DNA of 64,000 nt from Candidatus Eiseniibacteriota bacterium (GCA_963717505.1 OY970342.1:544001-608000); one strand, 5' to 3'; shown: positions 48,342 to 58,466, numbered from the stretch's first letter. Translations and numbers: made by a program. Notes: generated by a model from the letters alone, not told the origin.

Positions 48342-48413
48342 CCTGCCTCGGAAATGGGAGCGGCCGGCCCCCGTGGGGGCCGGCCGCCAGATCATCCGTG
48401 CTCAGCTGCACAA

Positions 48414-51400
48414 CTAATTGCCAGGAGACGTGCTCCGGTTTCCACCGCCAGAGAGCGCCACGCTGTCGTTGTCTTCATCATCGTCATCAACGTCATTGTC
48501 ATTGCGGTGGTCATGATTTTTGTTGCACTTTCGCGCGAAGGCGAAGTCCACGTTTGTCTTCTGACCGTCCAGGATTTCGATCTCCAGCTTGCGGTCGGTG
48601 ACCGCGTAGAAGCCCCTTGGCCTCTTGGCCTCGAGCTTGTACTTGCCCGGATCAAGGTCATCGAAAGAATAGCTTCCATCGTGATCGGTCAAGCTGAAGC
48701 GGCAGAACTGGCAGTGCTTGTCATGCTTGGAGTTGCCGGTCTCCTTCGAGCAGATGTGCACCCGTACCCCGGGGATCCCGTCATCGCCCTCGTCGATCTC
48801 CCCGTTGCGGTTGTGATCATCGAATACGATGCCGTTTAGCGCGGTGGCCTCGCCGCCCTCGGTCTGATAGCCAAAGTTCACGTCAGCCTTGGACTCACCC
48901 TCGGCGAGTGTGAACGTCACCGCGGTCGGCGTGGTCGCCGTCATCCCCGTGATCGGGCTGCTGGTGACCGTGTACTCACCAGCGCCGGAAGCGAGGAAGG
49001 TGTAGGCGCCGCTTCCACCAACGGTCGTACCGGTACCGTGGAGGCCGTTGGGACCGATGATGTCAATGCCGGCGGCGCCGATCCCCGGCTCGCCCTTATC
49101 GCGAACACCATCACCGTCGGTGTCGTCGAACACCACACCCTGGATCAAGGCGGTTCCGCCGCCCTCGGTCTGATATCCAAAGTTCACGTCAGCCTTGGAC
49201 TCGCCCTCGGCGAGTGTGAACGTCACTGCGGTCGGCGTGGTCGCCGTCATCCCCGTGATCGGGCTGCTGGTGACCGTGTACTCACCAGCGCCGGAAGCGA
49301 GGAAGGTGTAGGCGCCGCTTCCACCAACGGTCGTACCGGTACCGTGGAGGCCGTTGGGACCGATGATGTCAATGCCGGCGGCGCCGATACCTGGCTCGCC
49401 CTTATCGCGAACACCATCACCGTCGGTGTCGTCGAACACCACACCCTGGATCAAGGCGGTTCCGCCGCCCTCGGTCTGATATCCAAAGTTCACGTCAGCC
49501 TTGGACTCGCCCTCGGCGAGTGTGAACGTCACTGCGGTTGGCGTGGTCGCCGTCATCCCCGTGATCGGGCTGCTGGTGACCGTGTACTCACCAGCGCCGG
49601 AAGCGAGGAAGGTGTAGGCGCCGCTTCCACCAACGGTCGTACCGGTACCGTGGAGGCCGTTGGGACCGATGATGTCAATGCCGGCGGCGCCGATCCCCGG
49701 CTCGCCCTTATCGCGAACACCATCACCGTCGGTGTCGTCGAACACCACACCGGTGATCAAGGCGGTTCCGCCGCCCTCGGTCTGATAGCCAAAGTTCACG
49801 TCAGCCTTGGACTCGCCCTCGGCGAGTGTGAACGTCACTGCGGTCGGCGTGGTCGCCGTCATCCCCGTGATCGGGCTGCTGGTGACCGTGTACTCACCAG
49901 CGCCGGAAGCGAGGAAGGTGTAGGCGCCGCTTCCTCCAACGGTCGTACCGGTACCGTGGAGGCCGTTGGGACCGATGATGTCAATGCCGGCGGCGCCGAT
50001 CCCTGGCTCGCCCTTATCGCGAACACCATCACCGTCGGTGTCGTCGAACACCACACCCTGGATCAAGGCGGTTCCGCCGCCCTCGGTCTGATATCCAAAG
50101 TTCACGTCAGCCTTGGACTCGCCCTCGGCGAGTGTGAACGTCACTGCGGTCGGCGTGGTCGCCGTCATCCCCGTGATCGGGCTGCTGGTGACCGTGTACT
50201 CACCAGCGCCGGAAGCGAGGAAGGTGTAGGCGCCGCTTCCACCAACGGTCGTACCGGTACCGTGGAGGCCGTTGGGACCGATGATGTCAATGCCGGCGGC
50301 GCCGATCCCCGGCTCGCCCTTATCGCGGACACCATCACCGTCGGTGTCGTCGAACACCACACCGGTGATCAAGGCGGTTCCGCCGCCCTCGGTCTGATAT
50401 CCAAAGTTCACGTCAGCCTTGGACTCGCCCTCGGCGAGTGTGAACGTCACTGCGGTCGGCGTGGTCGCCGTCATCCCCGTGATCGGGCTGCTGGTGACCG
50501 TGTACTCACCAGCGCCGGAAGCGAGGAAGGTGTAGGCGCCGCTTCCTCCAACGGTCGTACCGGTACCGTGGAGGCCGTTGGGACCGATGATGTCAATGCC
50601 GGCGGCGCCGATCCCCGGCTCGCCCTTATCGCGGACACCATCACCGTCGGTGTCGTCGAACACCACACCGGTGATCAAGGCGGTTCCGCCGCCCTCGGTC
50701 TGATATCCAAAGTTCACGTCAGCCTTGGACTCGCCCTCGGCGAGTGTGAACGTCACTGCGGTCGGCGTGGTCGCCGTCATCCCCGTGATCGGGCTGCTGG
50801 TGACCGTGTACTCACCAGCGCCGGAAGCGAGGAAGGTGTAGGCGCCGCTTCCTCCAACGGTCGTACCGGTACCGTGGAGGCCGTTGGGACCGATGATGTC
50901 AATGCCGGCGGCGCCGATCCCCGGCTCGCCCTTATCGCGGACACCATCACCGTCGGTGTCGTCGAACACCACACCCTGGATCAAGGCGGTTCCGCCGCCC
51001 TCGGACTTGCAGCCAAAGTTGGCAGCGAGGAACGAACTGACCACACCCTCAAATTCGATCAGAGTCACGTAGATCGGGTGTCCTGTCGTAACCTCGACCC
51101 CTTCTACGGCAATCTTGTCGACGGTGTAGAATCCGGTGTCGAGGCCGGTGAAGAGATAGCTTCCGTCGGCAGCCGAGGCCGTGACCATCTCGTCCAGGCC
51201 CTCTGCGTTCAGAGTGAGCATGGCGCCCTCGAGGCCAGCCTCGTTGGTATCCATGATGCCGTCGCCATCTGCGTCATCCCACACCATGCCGCCGATGGAA
51301 CCCTTTCCATCTTCACCATTACCGGCGCCCAGAATTGCCACGAAGGCAACTGCATTACCCTCTGGAACGACGAATCCGGTTGCGCGACTCAGGCTCTCTT

Positions 51401-51860
51401 CACCCGGCGTCCACATCGCGTCGTCGTTTTCGAACTGGAAGCTGATCATCGCACCAGGACCCGACTCCTTACCGTCGGGATCCAGGACGGTCACGCCGGT
51501 AGGTGCAATGCTGGCGAAGGTCAGCGAGACGGGCTCGTTGTAGGTGTTTGTGCCCAGGTTTGCGACAGTGAGGTCCACAAGCAACGCGCCATCTTCATAA
51601 CGGACGTTGCGGCCGCGGATGGCGAAGGGACCCTCGATCGGGTTCTCCGGATCGCCGTTGGTCGCAGAGATGTACTCGAAGTCCAATCCAGCATTCAGCT
51701 CGCCGCGGATCACGCCCCTATCATCGGCGCCGTCCTTGGCGGAGTTGCTCATGGGCAAGTCGCTGGAACAACCAGCAACCGCGAGCGCAATAGCCGACAC
51801 GAGGACCGGAACCGACCGGAGGAGTCTCTCCATACCGCGAGAATCGCGACGGGTACTCAT
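48414..51860 (-). CDS. Lipoprotein with tandem SdrD-B-like domains (7 near-identical plus 2 divergent), 1148 aa
   Basis: AAGGAG RBS; lipobox AVAG-C; repeated G.VFDDTDGDG..D.GEPG...NFG units. Confidence 0.88.
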   Translation of the reverse strand: MSTRRDSRGMERLLRSVPVLVSAIALAVAGCSSDLPMSNSAKDGADDRGVIRGELNAGLDFEYISATNGDPENPIEGPFAIRGRNVRYEDGALLVDLTVANLGTNTYNEPVSLTFASIAPTGVTVLDPDGKESGPGAMISFQFENDDAMWTPGEESLSRATGFVVPEGNAVAFVAILGAGNGEDGKGSIGGMVWDDADGDGIMDTNEAGLEGAMLTLNAEGLDEMVTASAADGSYLFTGLDTGFYTVDKIAVEGVEVTTGHPIYVTLIEFEGVVSSFLAANFGCKSEGGGTALIQGVVFDDTDGDGVRDKGEPGIGAAGIDIIGPNGLHGTGTTVGGSGAYTFLASGAGEYTVTSSPITGMTATTPTAVTFTLAEGESKADVNFGYQTEGGGTALITGVVFDDTDGDGVRDKGEPGIGAAGIDIIGPNGLHGTGTTVGGSGAYTFLASGAGEYTVTSSPITGMTATTPTAVTFTLAEGESKADVNFGYQTEGGGTALITGVVFDDTDGDGVRDKGEPGIGAAGIDIIGPNGLHGTGTTVGGSGAYTFLASGAGEYTVTSSPITGMTATTPTAVTFTLAEGESKADVNFGYQTEGGGTALIQGVVFDDTDGDGVRDKGEPGIGAAGIDIIGPNGLHGTGTTVGGSGAYTFLASGAGEYTVTSSPITGMTATTPTAVTFTLAEGESKADVNFGYQTEGGGTALITGVVFDDTDGDGVRDKGEPGIGAAGIDIIGPNGLHGTGTTVGGSGAYTFLASGAGEYTVTSSPITGMTATTPTAVTFTLAEGESKADVNFGYQTEGGGTALIQGVVFDDTDGDGVRDKGEPGIGAAGIDIIGPNGLHGTGTTVGGSGAYTFLASGAGEYTVTSSPITGMTATTPTAVTFTLAEGESKADVNFGYQTEGGGTALIQGVVFDDTDGDGVRDKGEPGIGAAGIDIIGPNGLHGTGTTVGGSGAYTFLASGAGEYTVTSSPITGMTATTPTAVTFTLAEGESKADVNFGYQTEGGEATALNGIVFDDHNRNGEIDEGDDGIPGVRVHICSKETGNSKHDKHCQFCRFSLTDHDGSYSFDDLDPGKYKLEAKRPRGFYAVTDRKLEIEILDGQKTNVDFAFARKCNKNHDHRNDNDVDDDDEDNDSVALSGGGNRSTSPGN
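48851..51004. repeat. Tandem array of seven 306-bp near-identical units (102 aa each)
   Basis: cgccgccctcgg recurs every 306 bp from 48851 to 50993; units differ by only a few SNPs. Confidence 0.95.
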
Positions 51861-52052
51861 GATGTGTCTCCTTGCGATAGAGGGCGACCAGACACCGACC
51901 AACATGGAGGTGCGATGCGAATAGTTGGGAGCATCGCGAGGCGCGCCGGGGCGCACCATAACGGTCGAAGTATCGCCCAAAGCAACGTCGGGAGTAACCG
52001 AATTCCGTGACCGCGAAGGTCAGGATTCAAGGAATCTATCGATTCAGTCCGT

Positions 52053-52075
52053 AGTGTTTAGGCGCGCTAAACACT
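52053..52075. promoter_or_regulatory. Perfect 9-bp inverted repeat upstream of the repeat lipoprotein gene (candidate operator)
   Basis: AGTGTTTAG-GCGCG-CTAAACACT in an AT-richer intergenic stretch. Confidence 0.45.
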
Positions 52076-52329
52076 GCAAGGGCGTGCGTTGCGACATCGT
52101 GGTCATCCCTTGAGAAGTCGGAGTTTGGCATGCTGGCTGTCCTTCCCACTTGTTCATGCGGCTACGGCTGACGCTCTCTGAACCGGCGAACGTCGAGTTG
52201 GCGGACGTCGAACTGCGACACAATTTGGCTTCGGAGAGCGCGGTTGTCGCGGTGAAACGTCGACCGACGGCGGACGGGGCAGACGGGTGCGCACGCGCAA
52301 CGTCTCCGTCAGCAGGTTTGCGGTCGGGA

Positions 52330-52461
52330 TTACGCTGCCAGGCGAATGTGCTGGTGATGTAGGCAGCCGAGAATCGGCAGCGCGACGAGCTCGCCTTGCT
52401 CCGGTCCTTCGACAGGCCGCGGCACCGGGCAATCCTTCTCGATCCCCAGGTGCGTCCGCTC
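52330..52461 (-). mobile_element. 3' remnant of a DDE integrase-core transposase
   Basis: Minus frame ERTHLGIEKDCPVPRPVEGPEQGELVALPILGCLHHQHIRLAA* resembles the R.H..L.KD.P...P.LGGLHH.Y.R.AA tail of rve-type transposases. Confidence 0.65.
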
Positions 52462-52536
52462 GGCCGACCACCCGCCCGGAGGCACTCGGGCACGAGCCGC
52501 TGGGGGCGCGTGATCACTGATGTCGCGGGGCCGCCG

Positions 52537-52701
52537 TCACTCCGGCGCCGCGGCCCACGGTCCGGCCCGCGCCTCGATCCCCCGGCGCTCGACATGCACC
52601 AGAATCCCGCGCACCGCCTGGGGCTCGGTGACGACCCCGACGATCACCATCACGCCGCCGCAGCGCGGGCACACCTCGATCTCAACCTTATACAAGCGCT
52701 G
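52537..52701 (-). mobile_element. 3' remnant of an IS91-like (Y2/HUH) transposase
   Basis: Minus frame RLYKVEIEVCPRCGGVMVIVGVVTEPQAVRGILVHV...ARAGP resembles the C-terminal CPxCGGxMxI...ILxH motif of IS91-like transposases. Confidence 0.65.
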
Positions 52702-52804
52702 CGGGCCCGGGTTGGTGCGCGCCCTCCATGCCCGGCAGTGGCGATCACGATCGGTGCCGGGGCCGTCCTCATCACGCCGCGTTGGGCCGAGGGGTAGCGG
52801 GGCT

Positions 52805-53482
52805 CTACTCCCAGCGAATCCACTCGACTTTCCTTGGTGTGTTCTTCATCGATTGCGGGCGTGGCGACAGGAGAACCGGTACCTGTGTCTCGTAGCACAT
52901 CTCGATCGGAATCCCGCGGAACGACAGGATCCCGAAGGTCGGCCCGGTTTCGCCCACGCGGTACTTTCGGATGAGGCGTGCGCTCGGCTCGCATAGAGTC
53001 GTGATTTCGAACTCGCCTTCGACGATGTTCGCGTCGCTGACCCTGATTCGGTAGCGCTTGAAGTAGGACCCGCTGATGACCGATTCGACGCTATCTTGCT
53101 TGGTCTCCCACAGGTAATGAAAGACGGTCGGCCCGGGAATCTCGACGAACGGCCGAAGACGAGTGCGAAGAGCGGCCAGGCGCGCGTTGAACAGCGAATC
53201 CGGGGGTTCGGAGCGCCCGTCACCCTTGCTCCACGCCGTTTGGATCGGTTGCTCGGGAGGCGTTCCCTTCATATCGAAGTAGATCACGAACGGGCCGCGA
53301 TCCGACTCCGACACGCAAGTGACGAGGAAGTACGCCTTCTGCTCCTTCTCGTCCCAGCCGAGCGGCTCGGCGTACTCCCAGCCGCCGTGAGTTGCCCTCC
53401 CTAGCGAGGGAAAGGCGAGGGCGGCCAGGATCAGAACCACCGCCATGCGGCGGCTTGCCGCCCATGATGCCACTGGGAACAT
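52805..53482 (-). CDS. Hypothetical exported protein
   Basis: Signal-like MAVVLILAALAFPSLGRA; begins 5 bp after the preT stop. Alternative start at 53446. Confidence 0.65.
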   Translation of the reverse strand: MFPVASWAASRRMAVVLILAALAFPSLGRATHGGWEYAEPLGWDEKEQKAYFLVTCVSESDRGPFVIYFDMKGTPPEQPIQTAWSKGDGRSEPPDSLFNARLAALRTRLRPFVEIPGPTVFHYLWETKQDSVESVISGSYFKRYRIRVSDANIVEGEFEITTLCEPSARLIRKYRVGETGPTFGILSFRGIPIEMCYETQVPVLLSPRPQSMKNTPRKVEWIRWE

Positions 53483-53487
53483 CGCTG

Positions 53488-54816
53488 CTACTGGTGCCCG
53501 GCCATCATCGGCGCGTCGGGCCGCACGGCAATTCCGAGCATCGCGCAGATCGCGCGTGCCGCGCGCTTCCCTTCCTGCGCCGCGTTCACGACTTCCTGCC
53601 CGCCGCTCACCGCGTCCCCGCCCGCGAAGACTTTGGGATTCCCGGTGCGGCCGGTGAGCGGGTCGGCCACGATGCGCCCTTTGGCGTCGACCTGAACCCC
53701 GGGGAAGGAGTTCGCGAGCGCGGGCAGGCGTGCCTGGCCGATCGCGAGCACGACAAGGTCGGCGGGCAGCTCGCGCCCGTCCACCAGCTTCAAAGCCGTC
53801 AGTTTGCGGTCGGCGCCGCGCAGGTACATGCGCGGTACCGCCTGTTCGAGCAGCACCACACCCTCGCGCCGTGCCAGGTCCATCTCGTGACGGTAACCGG
53901 GCATGTCGGCCGCGGTGCGGCGATAGATCAAGGTCACGTGCGGCACCCCGAGCTTGGCCAGCTCGCGCGCCACGTCGATCGCGGTGTTGCCGCCGCCGAT
54001 CACCAGCGCGTGCATCACGCCGGTCAAGCCGAAGCCGGGATCGAGCTTCATGCGCTCGATCCACGCGGTCGCTCCCATCACGCCCGGGCCGTCCTCGCCC
54101 TCGATCTCGAGCAGGGTGTCCGCGCCCAGGCCCGGCCCGAGGAACACGGCGTCGTAGTCGCGCATCAGCTCCGCACCCGGCGCGCCCGCCCCGACCTCGG
54201 TCCCGTAGCGGAGCTTGACGCCGAGCGACTCGATGAACCCGGTCTCGAGCAGCGAGCCCTCGGCGTGCATCTTGTACGGCGCGACCCCGGTGGTATTGAG
54301 CCCGCCCGGCATCGGCTTCTTTTCGAACACCGTCACCTCAACCCCTTCGAGCGCCAGGTAGCCCGCCGCCGCCAGCGACGCGGGACCGGCGCCGACGCAT
54401 GCCACCTTCTTACCGTTGCACGGCGCGGCCTTGAACAACCCCTGCGCGCCGCCGTTGGTCAACGCGGTCTCGACCGCGTAGCGCTGGAGCCGGCCAATCG
54501 GGATCGGCGGGTAACGCTCCCAGTCGTTGTAGACGCAAGCCCCGACGCACAGCACCTCGACCGGGCAGACTCGGGCGCACGAATATCCGAGCAGGTTGGC
54601 CGACAGGATCACGCGCGCCGAGCCGCGCACGTTGTCGGTCGCGATCTTGTGGATGAAGGTCGGGATGTCGATACCGGTCGGACAAGCCTCGATGCACGGC
54701 GCGTCGTGGCAATAGAGGCAGCGGTTGGCCTCGGCGACCGCTTCCCCGGGGCCATAGAGCGGCTTGGCGTCGGGCAGACGGCGTTCGAGACGTAGGGGCG
54801 ATAGCGGTCCGGTCAT
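53488..54816 (-). CDS. preT: Dihydropyrimidine dehydrogenase subunit PreT (GltD-like)
   Basis: EANRCLYCHDAPCIEACPTGIDIP, CARVCPVEVLC, VGAGPASL, IGGGNTAID and FAGGD; lies in a pyrimidine-catabolism context. Confidence 0.88.
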   Translation of the reverse strand: MTGPLSPLRLERRLPDAKPLYGPGEAVAEANRCLYCHDAPCIEACPTGIDIPTFIHKIATDNVRGSARVILSANLLGYSCARVCPVEVLCVGACVYNDWERYPPIPIGRLQRYAVETALTNGGAQGLFKAAPCNGKKVACVGAGPASLAAAGYLALEGVEVTVFEKKPMPGGLNTTGVAPYKMHAEGSLLETGFIESLGVKLRYGTEVGAGAPGAELMRDYDAVFLGPGLGADTLLEIEGEDGPGVMGATAWIERMKLDPGFGLTGVMHALVIGGGNTAIDVARELAKLGVPHVTLIYRRTAADMPGYRHEMDLARREGVVLLEQAVPRMYLRGADRKLTALKLVDGRELPADLVVLAIGQARLPALANSFPGVQVDAKGRIVADPLTGRTGNPKVFAGGDAVSGGQEVVNAAQEGKRAARAICAMLGIAVRPDAPMMAGHQ

Positions 54817-54835
54817 GGTGATTCCGCGGCTCCCA

Positions 54836-56161
54836 TCAGGCTCCGATCACGCCGAAGCTCTCGTCCAGCTTGCCGAGCGCTTCGTCGACCTCGGCGGTGG
54901 TCACGGTCAGGGGCGGCGAGATGCGCAGGCAATTGCCGTAGAGCCCGCCCTTGCCGATCAGCAGTCCGCGCCGCTTGGTCTCCTCGAACAGCGCCGAAAC
55001 CTTGGCCGGCGCCGGCGCTCGGTTCTTCCGGGTCTCGTCTTCGACCAACTCGACCCCTTGCATCAAGCCCATGCCGCGCACGTCCCCGATGGTGCGCGGA
55101 TACCTGCGCTTGAGCCCCTCGAGCCCGTCGCGCAGGCGGCGACCCTGGGACTCGGCGTTGTCGAGGAGGTTGCGGCGCTCGATCTCGCCGATCGTGGCGT
55201 TGGCGGCGGCGCACGAGATCGGGCTGCCGCCGAAGGTCGAGATCGTGAGCTTGGTCAGCGAATCGGCGATCGCCGGCGTGCAGATGGTCGCCGAGATCGG
55301 GTAGCCGTTCGCGATGCCTTTCGCCATGGTCATGATGTCGGGCTCGACCCCGTAGTGCTCGCAGCCCCACCACTTGCTGCCGGTGCGCCCGAAGCCGGTC
55401 TGGACTTCGTCGCAAATGAACACGCCGCCGTACTTGCGCACGATGTCGGTCGCGATCCGGAAGTACTCGGGCGGCGGGGTGACGAAGCCGCCGACGCCCT
55501 GGATCGGCTCGGCCAGGAATCCGGCGATCTGCCCGGTGGTCGTGGTGCGAATCAGCTCTTCGATGTCGCGCGCGCACTGGACCTCGCACGACGGGTACTC
55601 GAGCCCGAGCGGGCAGCGGTAGCAGTAGGGCGACAGCGCGTGCTTGACGCCCGCGACCTGGGTCGGCACCGAGCGCCAGCTCGCCTGCCCGGTCAGTGAC
55701 TGCGCCAGCATCGAGCGCCCCGAGTATCCGTGGCGCAGCGCGATGATCTCGGTTCGGCCGGTGTAGACCTGGGCCATCATCACCGCGGTCTCGTCGGCTT
55801 CGGTGCCGCTGGCGGTGAAGTAGCACTTGCGCAGCTTGCCGGGCGTGATGCCGGCGAGTTTCTCGGCCAGCTCGACGATCGGCAGCGTCGGGTAGAGCGT
55901 CGACACGTGGCCCAGACGATCGACTTGCGCATGGACTGCCGCATTGACCGCGTCGTTGGCGTGACCGACCGAGATCGTGAGGATGCCGCCGAAGAAGTCG
56001 AGGTACTCGCGACCCTCGACGTCGCGCACGCGCAGGCCCTTGCCCTCGCTCAACACCACCGACTGCTCGTAGTAGTTGGCGACCGCCGGGAACAGGAACT
56101 CCCGGTGTTTGGCGCGAATCTCGGCCGAAGTCGCGCCCTCGCCAGCCACTTTCGGGTTCAT
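54836..56161 (-). CDS. Class-III PLP aminotransferase (AGXT2/PydD-like, probable beta-alanine aminotransferase)
   Basis: YLDFFGGI, SGTEADE, AEPIQGVGG, DEVQTGFGRTG and MAKGIANG; adjacent to preT. Confidence 0.88.
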   Translation of the reverse strand: MNPKVAGEGATSAEIRAKHREFLFPAVANYYEQSVVLSEGKGLRVRDVEGREYLDFFGGILTISVGHANDAVNAAVHAQVDRLGHVSTLYPTLPIVELAEKLAGITPGKLRKCYFTASGTEADETAVMMAQVYTGRTEIIALRHGYSGRSMLAQSLTGQASWRSVPTQVAGVKHALSPYCYRCPLGLEYPSCEVQCARDIEELIRTTTTGQIAGFLAEPIQGVGGFVTPPPEYFRIATDIVRKYGGVFICDEVQTGFGRTGSKWWGCEHYGVEPDIMTMAKGIANGYPISATICTPAIADSLTKLTISTFGGSPISCAAANATIGEIERRNLLDNAESQGRRLRDGLEGLKRRYPRTIGDVRGMGLMQGVELVEDETRKNRAPAPAKVSALFEETKRRGLLIGKGGLYGNCLRISPPLTVTTAEVDEALGKLDESFGVIGA

Positions 56162-56218
56162 CGGCTGCTCCCTCCTCTGCGCCGGGCGCCATCGAACGCC
56201 GCGCGAGCGCGCGACCTC

Positions 56219-56255
56219 AGTCTAGCACGGCGTTGGACGGTCCCGGGTGTAGACT
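56219..56255. promoter_or_regulatory. Divergent -10-like pair
   Basis: Minus-strand TGCTAGACT (56219-56227) points to the aminotransferase; plus-strand TAGACT (56250-56255) points to the gene at 56323. Confidence 0.4.
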
Positions 56256-56322
56256 GTCCGCCGGTTTCGGCAGTAACGACCGGGAAGTCGCGTTGTTGCC
56301 AGTAGCCCACGGAGGGAAAACC

Positions 56323-56913
56323 ATGTGTCCCGAAGCGAGACGGGTGCGCCAAATTCCCGTCGTGATGTCGGTCGCATTGATCGCCGGCCTGCTCGTCGCA
56401 GGCGTCGCACTCGCTGCCAGCAACACTCAGAAGAAGGCCGAAGTTCGGCCCCAGACGTTCAAGCCCGGCCCCTGCGACAACGCCAAATGCCGGGAGTTCG
56501 ACTTCTGGATCGGCGAGTGGGACGTGTTCACGTCTGAAGGCGAGGTGGCGGGCACCAACACCATCGAGCGGATCCTGGGTGGCTGCGTGGTCCACGAAAC
56601 CTGGGAGGGAACCAAGGGGTCGCGCGGCGAGAGCTTCAACATCCATTCGGGTGGCCGCTGGCATCAGACCTGGGTCGACAACCAGGGCTCCCTCCTTCTG
56701 CTCGACGGCGGCATGCTCCAGGGTCGGATGATCCTCGAGGGCGATGCCCCGGGAGCGACCGGGGGCACGATCCGCAACCGCATCAGCTGGCAGCCGCTGG
56801 GTGACGGTCGCGTCCGCCAGCACTGGGAGATGTCCGCCGACGACGGCGAAACCTGGAATGACGTGTTCATGGGCTACTACGTGCGCAAGGCGAAGACCGC
56901 GGACGGCCGGTGA
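56323..56913 (+). CDS. Exported conserved hypothetical protein (DUF1579-like beta-barrel)
   Basis: GGAGG RBS; signal peptide; FDFWIGEWDV...GGCVVHETW...WHQTWVD...VRQHWEMSADDGETW. Confidence 0.75.
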   Translation: MCPEARRVRQIPVVMSVALIAGLLVAGVALAASNTQKKAEVRPQTFKPGPCDNAKCREFDFWIGEWDVFTSEGEVAGTNTIERILGGCVVHETWEGTKGSRGESFNIHSGGRWHQTWVDNQGSLLLLDGGMLQGRMILEGDAPGATGGTIRNRISWQPLGDGRVRQHWEMSADDGETWNDVFMGYYVRKAKTADGR

Positions 56914-57863
56914 AAAGACTCGGTCTCTGGATCGCGCTCGCGGTGGCGATCGCGGCCGCGGTCATGGTCGCCCGAGTTGCCAAGCGAAGTCAGGCGCCGG
57001 CGATCCCGGTGGCTGCCGCGGGTGCGCTCCACGAGCTGCTGGCGGCCGAGCGCTCGTTCGCCGGGACGTCGCTCAATCGCGGATACCGCGACGCCTTTCT
57101 CGAATGGCTGGCCGACGACGGCGTTATCTTCCGGCCGCTGCCGCGCAACGGGAAGGAGTTCATGTCGGCGGCCCCGCCAAATCCATCGACGTTGGCCTGG
57201 CAGCCGGCGTTCGCCGAAGTCTCGGCCGACGGCGATCTCGGGTACACGTTCGGTCCGTGGGAATTCCGGCCGCCGCCTGACAGCACCGGAGCGCCACCCG
57301 ATCCGGCGAGCATCGCGCACGGGACGTTCGTCTCGGTGTGGGCCAAGCAGCCGGACGGCGCCTGGCGCGTGGCGGTGGACATCGGCGCGACCCACGAGCC
57401 GCCCGACTCCGGCGGGCTCGGCAGCGACGTCCTCTCGACCGGGCCCGACCATGCGTGGGCGATGAAGACGAACGGCGGCGGACCGGCCGCCAATCTGGCC
57501 GCGATCGACGAAGCGTACGAGAGGGACGCGGTGCGCGACGGCGCAGGCGCGCTCGAAACCTGGGGCGCCGGCGACCTGCGTTTCGTGACCGAAGGCCGGC
57601 GGTTGGTCGCCGGCAACCCGCAAACCCGCGATGCGTTGTCGGGCCGCGGGGCGATCGTCGACTTCCACACTCAGGGCGCGCTCATTTCCAAGTCGGACGA
57701 CCTGGGCTGCACGTACGGCATCCTCGAGCGCGCGGGAGCCGCGGTGCGGCCGCGGACGGCGGCTCCGGACACGAGCGTCTACGTGCACGTGTGGCGGCGC
57801 GAGCAGGATACCGTCTGGCGCCTCGCATTGATCGTCGAGAATCCGCTGCGGCGCGGACCCTAG
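56910..57863 (+). CDS. Exported protein with two NTF2-like (DUF4440-type) domains
   Basis: AAERSFA...VSADGDLGYTFGPW...SVWAKQPDGAWRVAVDIG, and a second copy SKSDDLGCTYG...HVWRRE..WRL. Confidence 0.8.
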   Translation: MKRLGLWIALAVAIAAAVMVARVAKRSQAPAIPVAAAGALHELLAAERSFAGTSLNRGYRDAFLEWLADDGVIFRPLPRNGKEFMSAAPPNPSTLAWQPAFAEVSADGDLGYTFGPWEFRPPPDSTGAPPDPASIAHGTFVSVWAKQPDGAWRVAVDIGATHEPPDSGGLGSDVLSTGPDHAWAMKTNGGGPAANLAAIDEAYERDAVRDGAGALETWGAGDLRFVTEGRRLVAGNPQTRDALSGRGAIVDFHTQGALISKSDDLGCTYGILERAGAAVRPRTAAPDTSVYVHVWRREQDTVWRLALIVENPLRRGP

Positions 57864-57906
57864 ACAGCGTGCGGCGAGCCGCGGCCCCTACGCCCTACGC
57901 ACGTCT

Positions 57907-57996
57907 CCACTCACCGGCGCCACACCACCGTTCGCCGGTGATCGGCCGCCATCCGCCGAAAAGCGCAGGCCCCAACCCCAAGAGCCGCCGTAGATT
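57907..57996 (+). promoter_or_regulatory. LytTR-type operator: three direct repeats at 21-bp period plus -10-like TAGATT
   Basis: CCACTCACCG (57907), CCGTTCGCCG (57928) and CCATCCGCCG (57949); TAGATT at 57991. Confidence 0.65.
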
Positions 57997-58082
57997 ACAC
58001 GTGGGCCCGGGGAGTGTGGGCGCAGGGGCGAGTGGATCGAAACCAGCCCGCACCCCGCCGACGGGCCGAACGGAGGACCGCC

Positions 58083-58466
58083 ATGAGCGTCGAAGCTGAG
58101 CAGACTCTGATGCGCGAGGAGAAAAGGGGAAAGAAGCGCCCCCATCGCACGAGCGGTGTCCTGTGGGGATTGTTCATGGTCGCGACCGGCGCCGTGTTCC
58201 TCTATCAGCGCCTGACCGGCGCGGACATGCCGAGGGTCTGGGACTTGTGGCCGCTGGTGTTCGTGGTCATCGGCATGAACCAGCTCCTGGATCGCAGGCC
58301 GGGATCGGCGGCGACCTGGTTCGTGTTCGCGTTCGTCTTCATGGCGGTCAACTTCGACTGGCTCGGCATGACGTACGTCAATTCCTGGCCCCTGTTCCTG
58401 ATCGCCATCGGCCTGGGCATGGTGATCAAGTCGATCACGGGAGAAGAGCGAGGGCGGAAATGCTAG
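58083..58466 (+). CDS. LiaF/LiaI-like membrane protein (DUF5668-type)
   Basis: GGAGG RBS; G..L...G..FL...LWPL and SWPLFLIAIGL motifs. Confidence 0.8.
   Translation: MSVEAEQTLMREEKRGKKRPHRTSGVLWGLFMVATGAVFLYQRLTGADMPRVWDLWPLVFVVIGMNQLLDRRPGSAATWFVFAFVFMAVNFDWLGMTYVNSWPLFLIAIGLGMVIKSITGEERGRKC

Noticed and set aside
48851-51004. CRISPR-like or non-coding repeat array; 990-aa antisense ORF
   Set aside because: The units are 306 bp, have no spacers and are in frame within a lipoprotein. The antisense ORF is a shadow.
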